Source: Thermoflexia bacterium
GTDB taxonomy: Bacteria; Chloroflexota; Anaerolineae; B4-G1; DUEL01
Direction: 5' to 3'
DNA: 64,000 nt
NCBI GenBank assembly: GCA_011192125.1
Contig: DUEL01000019.1
Span: forward strand, 2,374-66,373
The notes below the pieces were generated by a model. That model ran no database searches, was not told the origin of the DNA, and saw only the letters and a program-made list of their open reading frames with translations. How positions within the stretch are numbered: the first letter of the stretch is position 1; each line of letters starts with the position of its first letter. Position numbers and translations under genes: made by a program. Of this stretch, positions 63,995 through 64,000 are shown piece after piece.

Positions 63995-64000
63995 CCGAAG

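Overview
High-GC bacterial chromosomal window with dense coding: about 52 protein genes and 1 tRNA. I found no rRNA, CRISPR array, transposase or integrase. GGAGG-type Shine-Dalgarno sites, many Pro/Thr-linker secreted proteins and multidomain sensor kinases suggest a Chloroflexota-like organism (inference only). All calls come from reading the ORF track and DNA by eye: motif recognition, no searches. Most long R/P/G-rich ORFs in the track are antisense shadows of real genes, and several real genes start downstream of the track's first start codon.

Layout:
- 1-15930 (minus): a peptide-processing and sensing block. It holds a giant dual-M28 lipoprotein (open at the left edge), a low-GC four-helix-bundle cassette bracketed by inverted heptamer arrays, an OppC-type permease fused to an M28 peptidase, an OppB-type permease, a LysM/PT-rich protein and three tandem sensor kinases.
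- 16276-27866: secreted Nbr1/PPC-repeat protein, sfsA, a GAF-PAS kinase, a 6-phosphogluconolactonase remnant, a B12-radical SAM gene with a wHTH regulator, a Vps62-PrsW fusion, a TPR/zinc-ribbon membrane protein and an 8-oxoguanine-deaminase-like gene.
- 28028-32435: housekeeping genes tRNA-Arg(CCG), obg, nadD, a family-4 UDG and cca.
- 32486-39296: DUF2877, amidohydrolase, aldehyde:ferredoxin oxidoreductase, phosphoesterase and an M20 peptidase.
- 39291-43528: the most unusual locus. A MalT-like STAND/TPR regulator with a SARP (BTAD) output is followed by a separately promoted, exported three-repeat peptide gene and two small ORFs.
- 44450-48894: prfA-prmC-tsaC, then an APS-kinase::ornithine-aminotransferase fusion.
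- 49031-58459: two paralogous ArsR regulators, each heading an operon with a CCG-domain Fe-S protein. One is a YdiJ-like FAD/FeS oxidoreductase with a Met-rich tail; the other is a DsrE-TusA-NarI/DsrM-like-HdrD/DsrK-like sulfur-relay cluster.
- 58550-63994: DUF1786-moeA-moaB/mog, a parvulin lipoprotein, a PT-rich membrane protein and a single-domain KaiC-like ATPase.

Two families of short-repeat intergenic elements recur through the window: CTCTGTGTC-type palindromic hairpins at 7-8 sites, and heptanucleotide tandem arrays at 4 sites.
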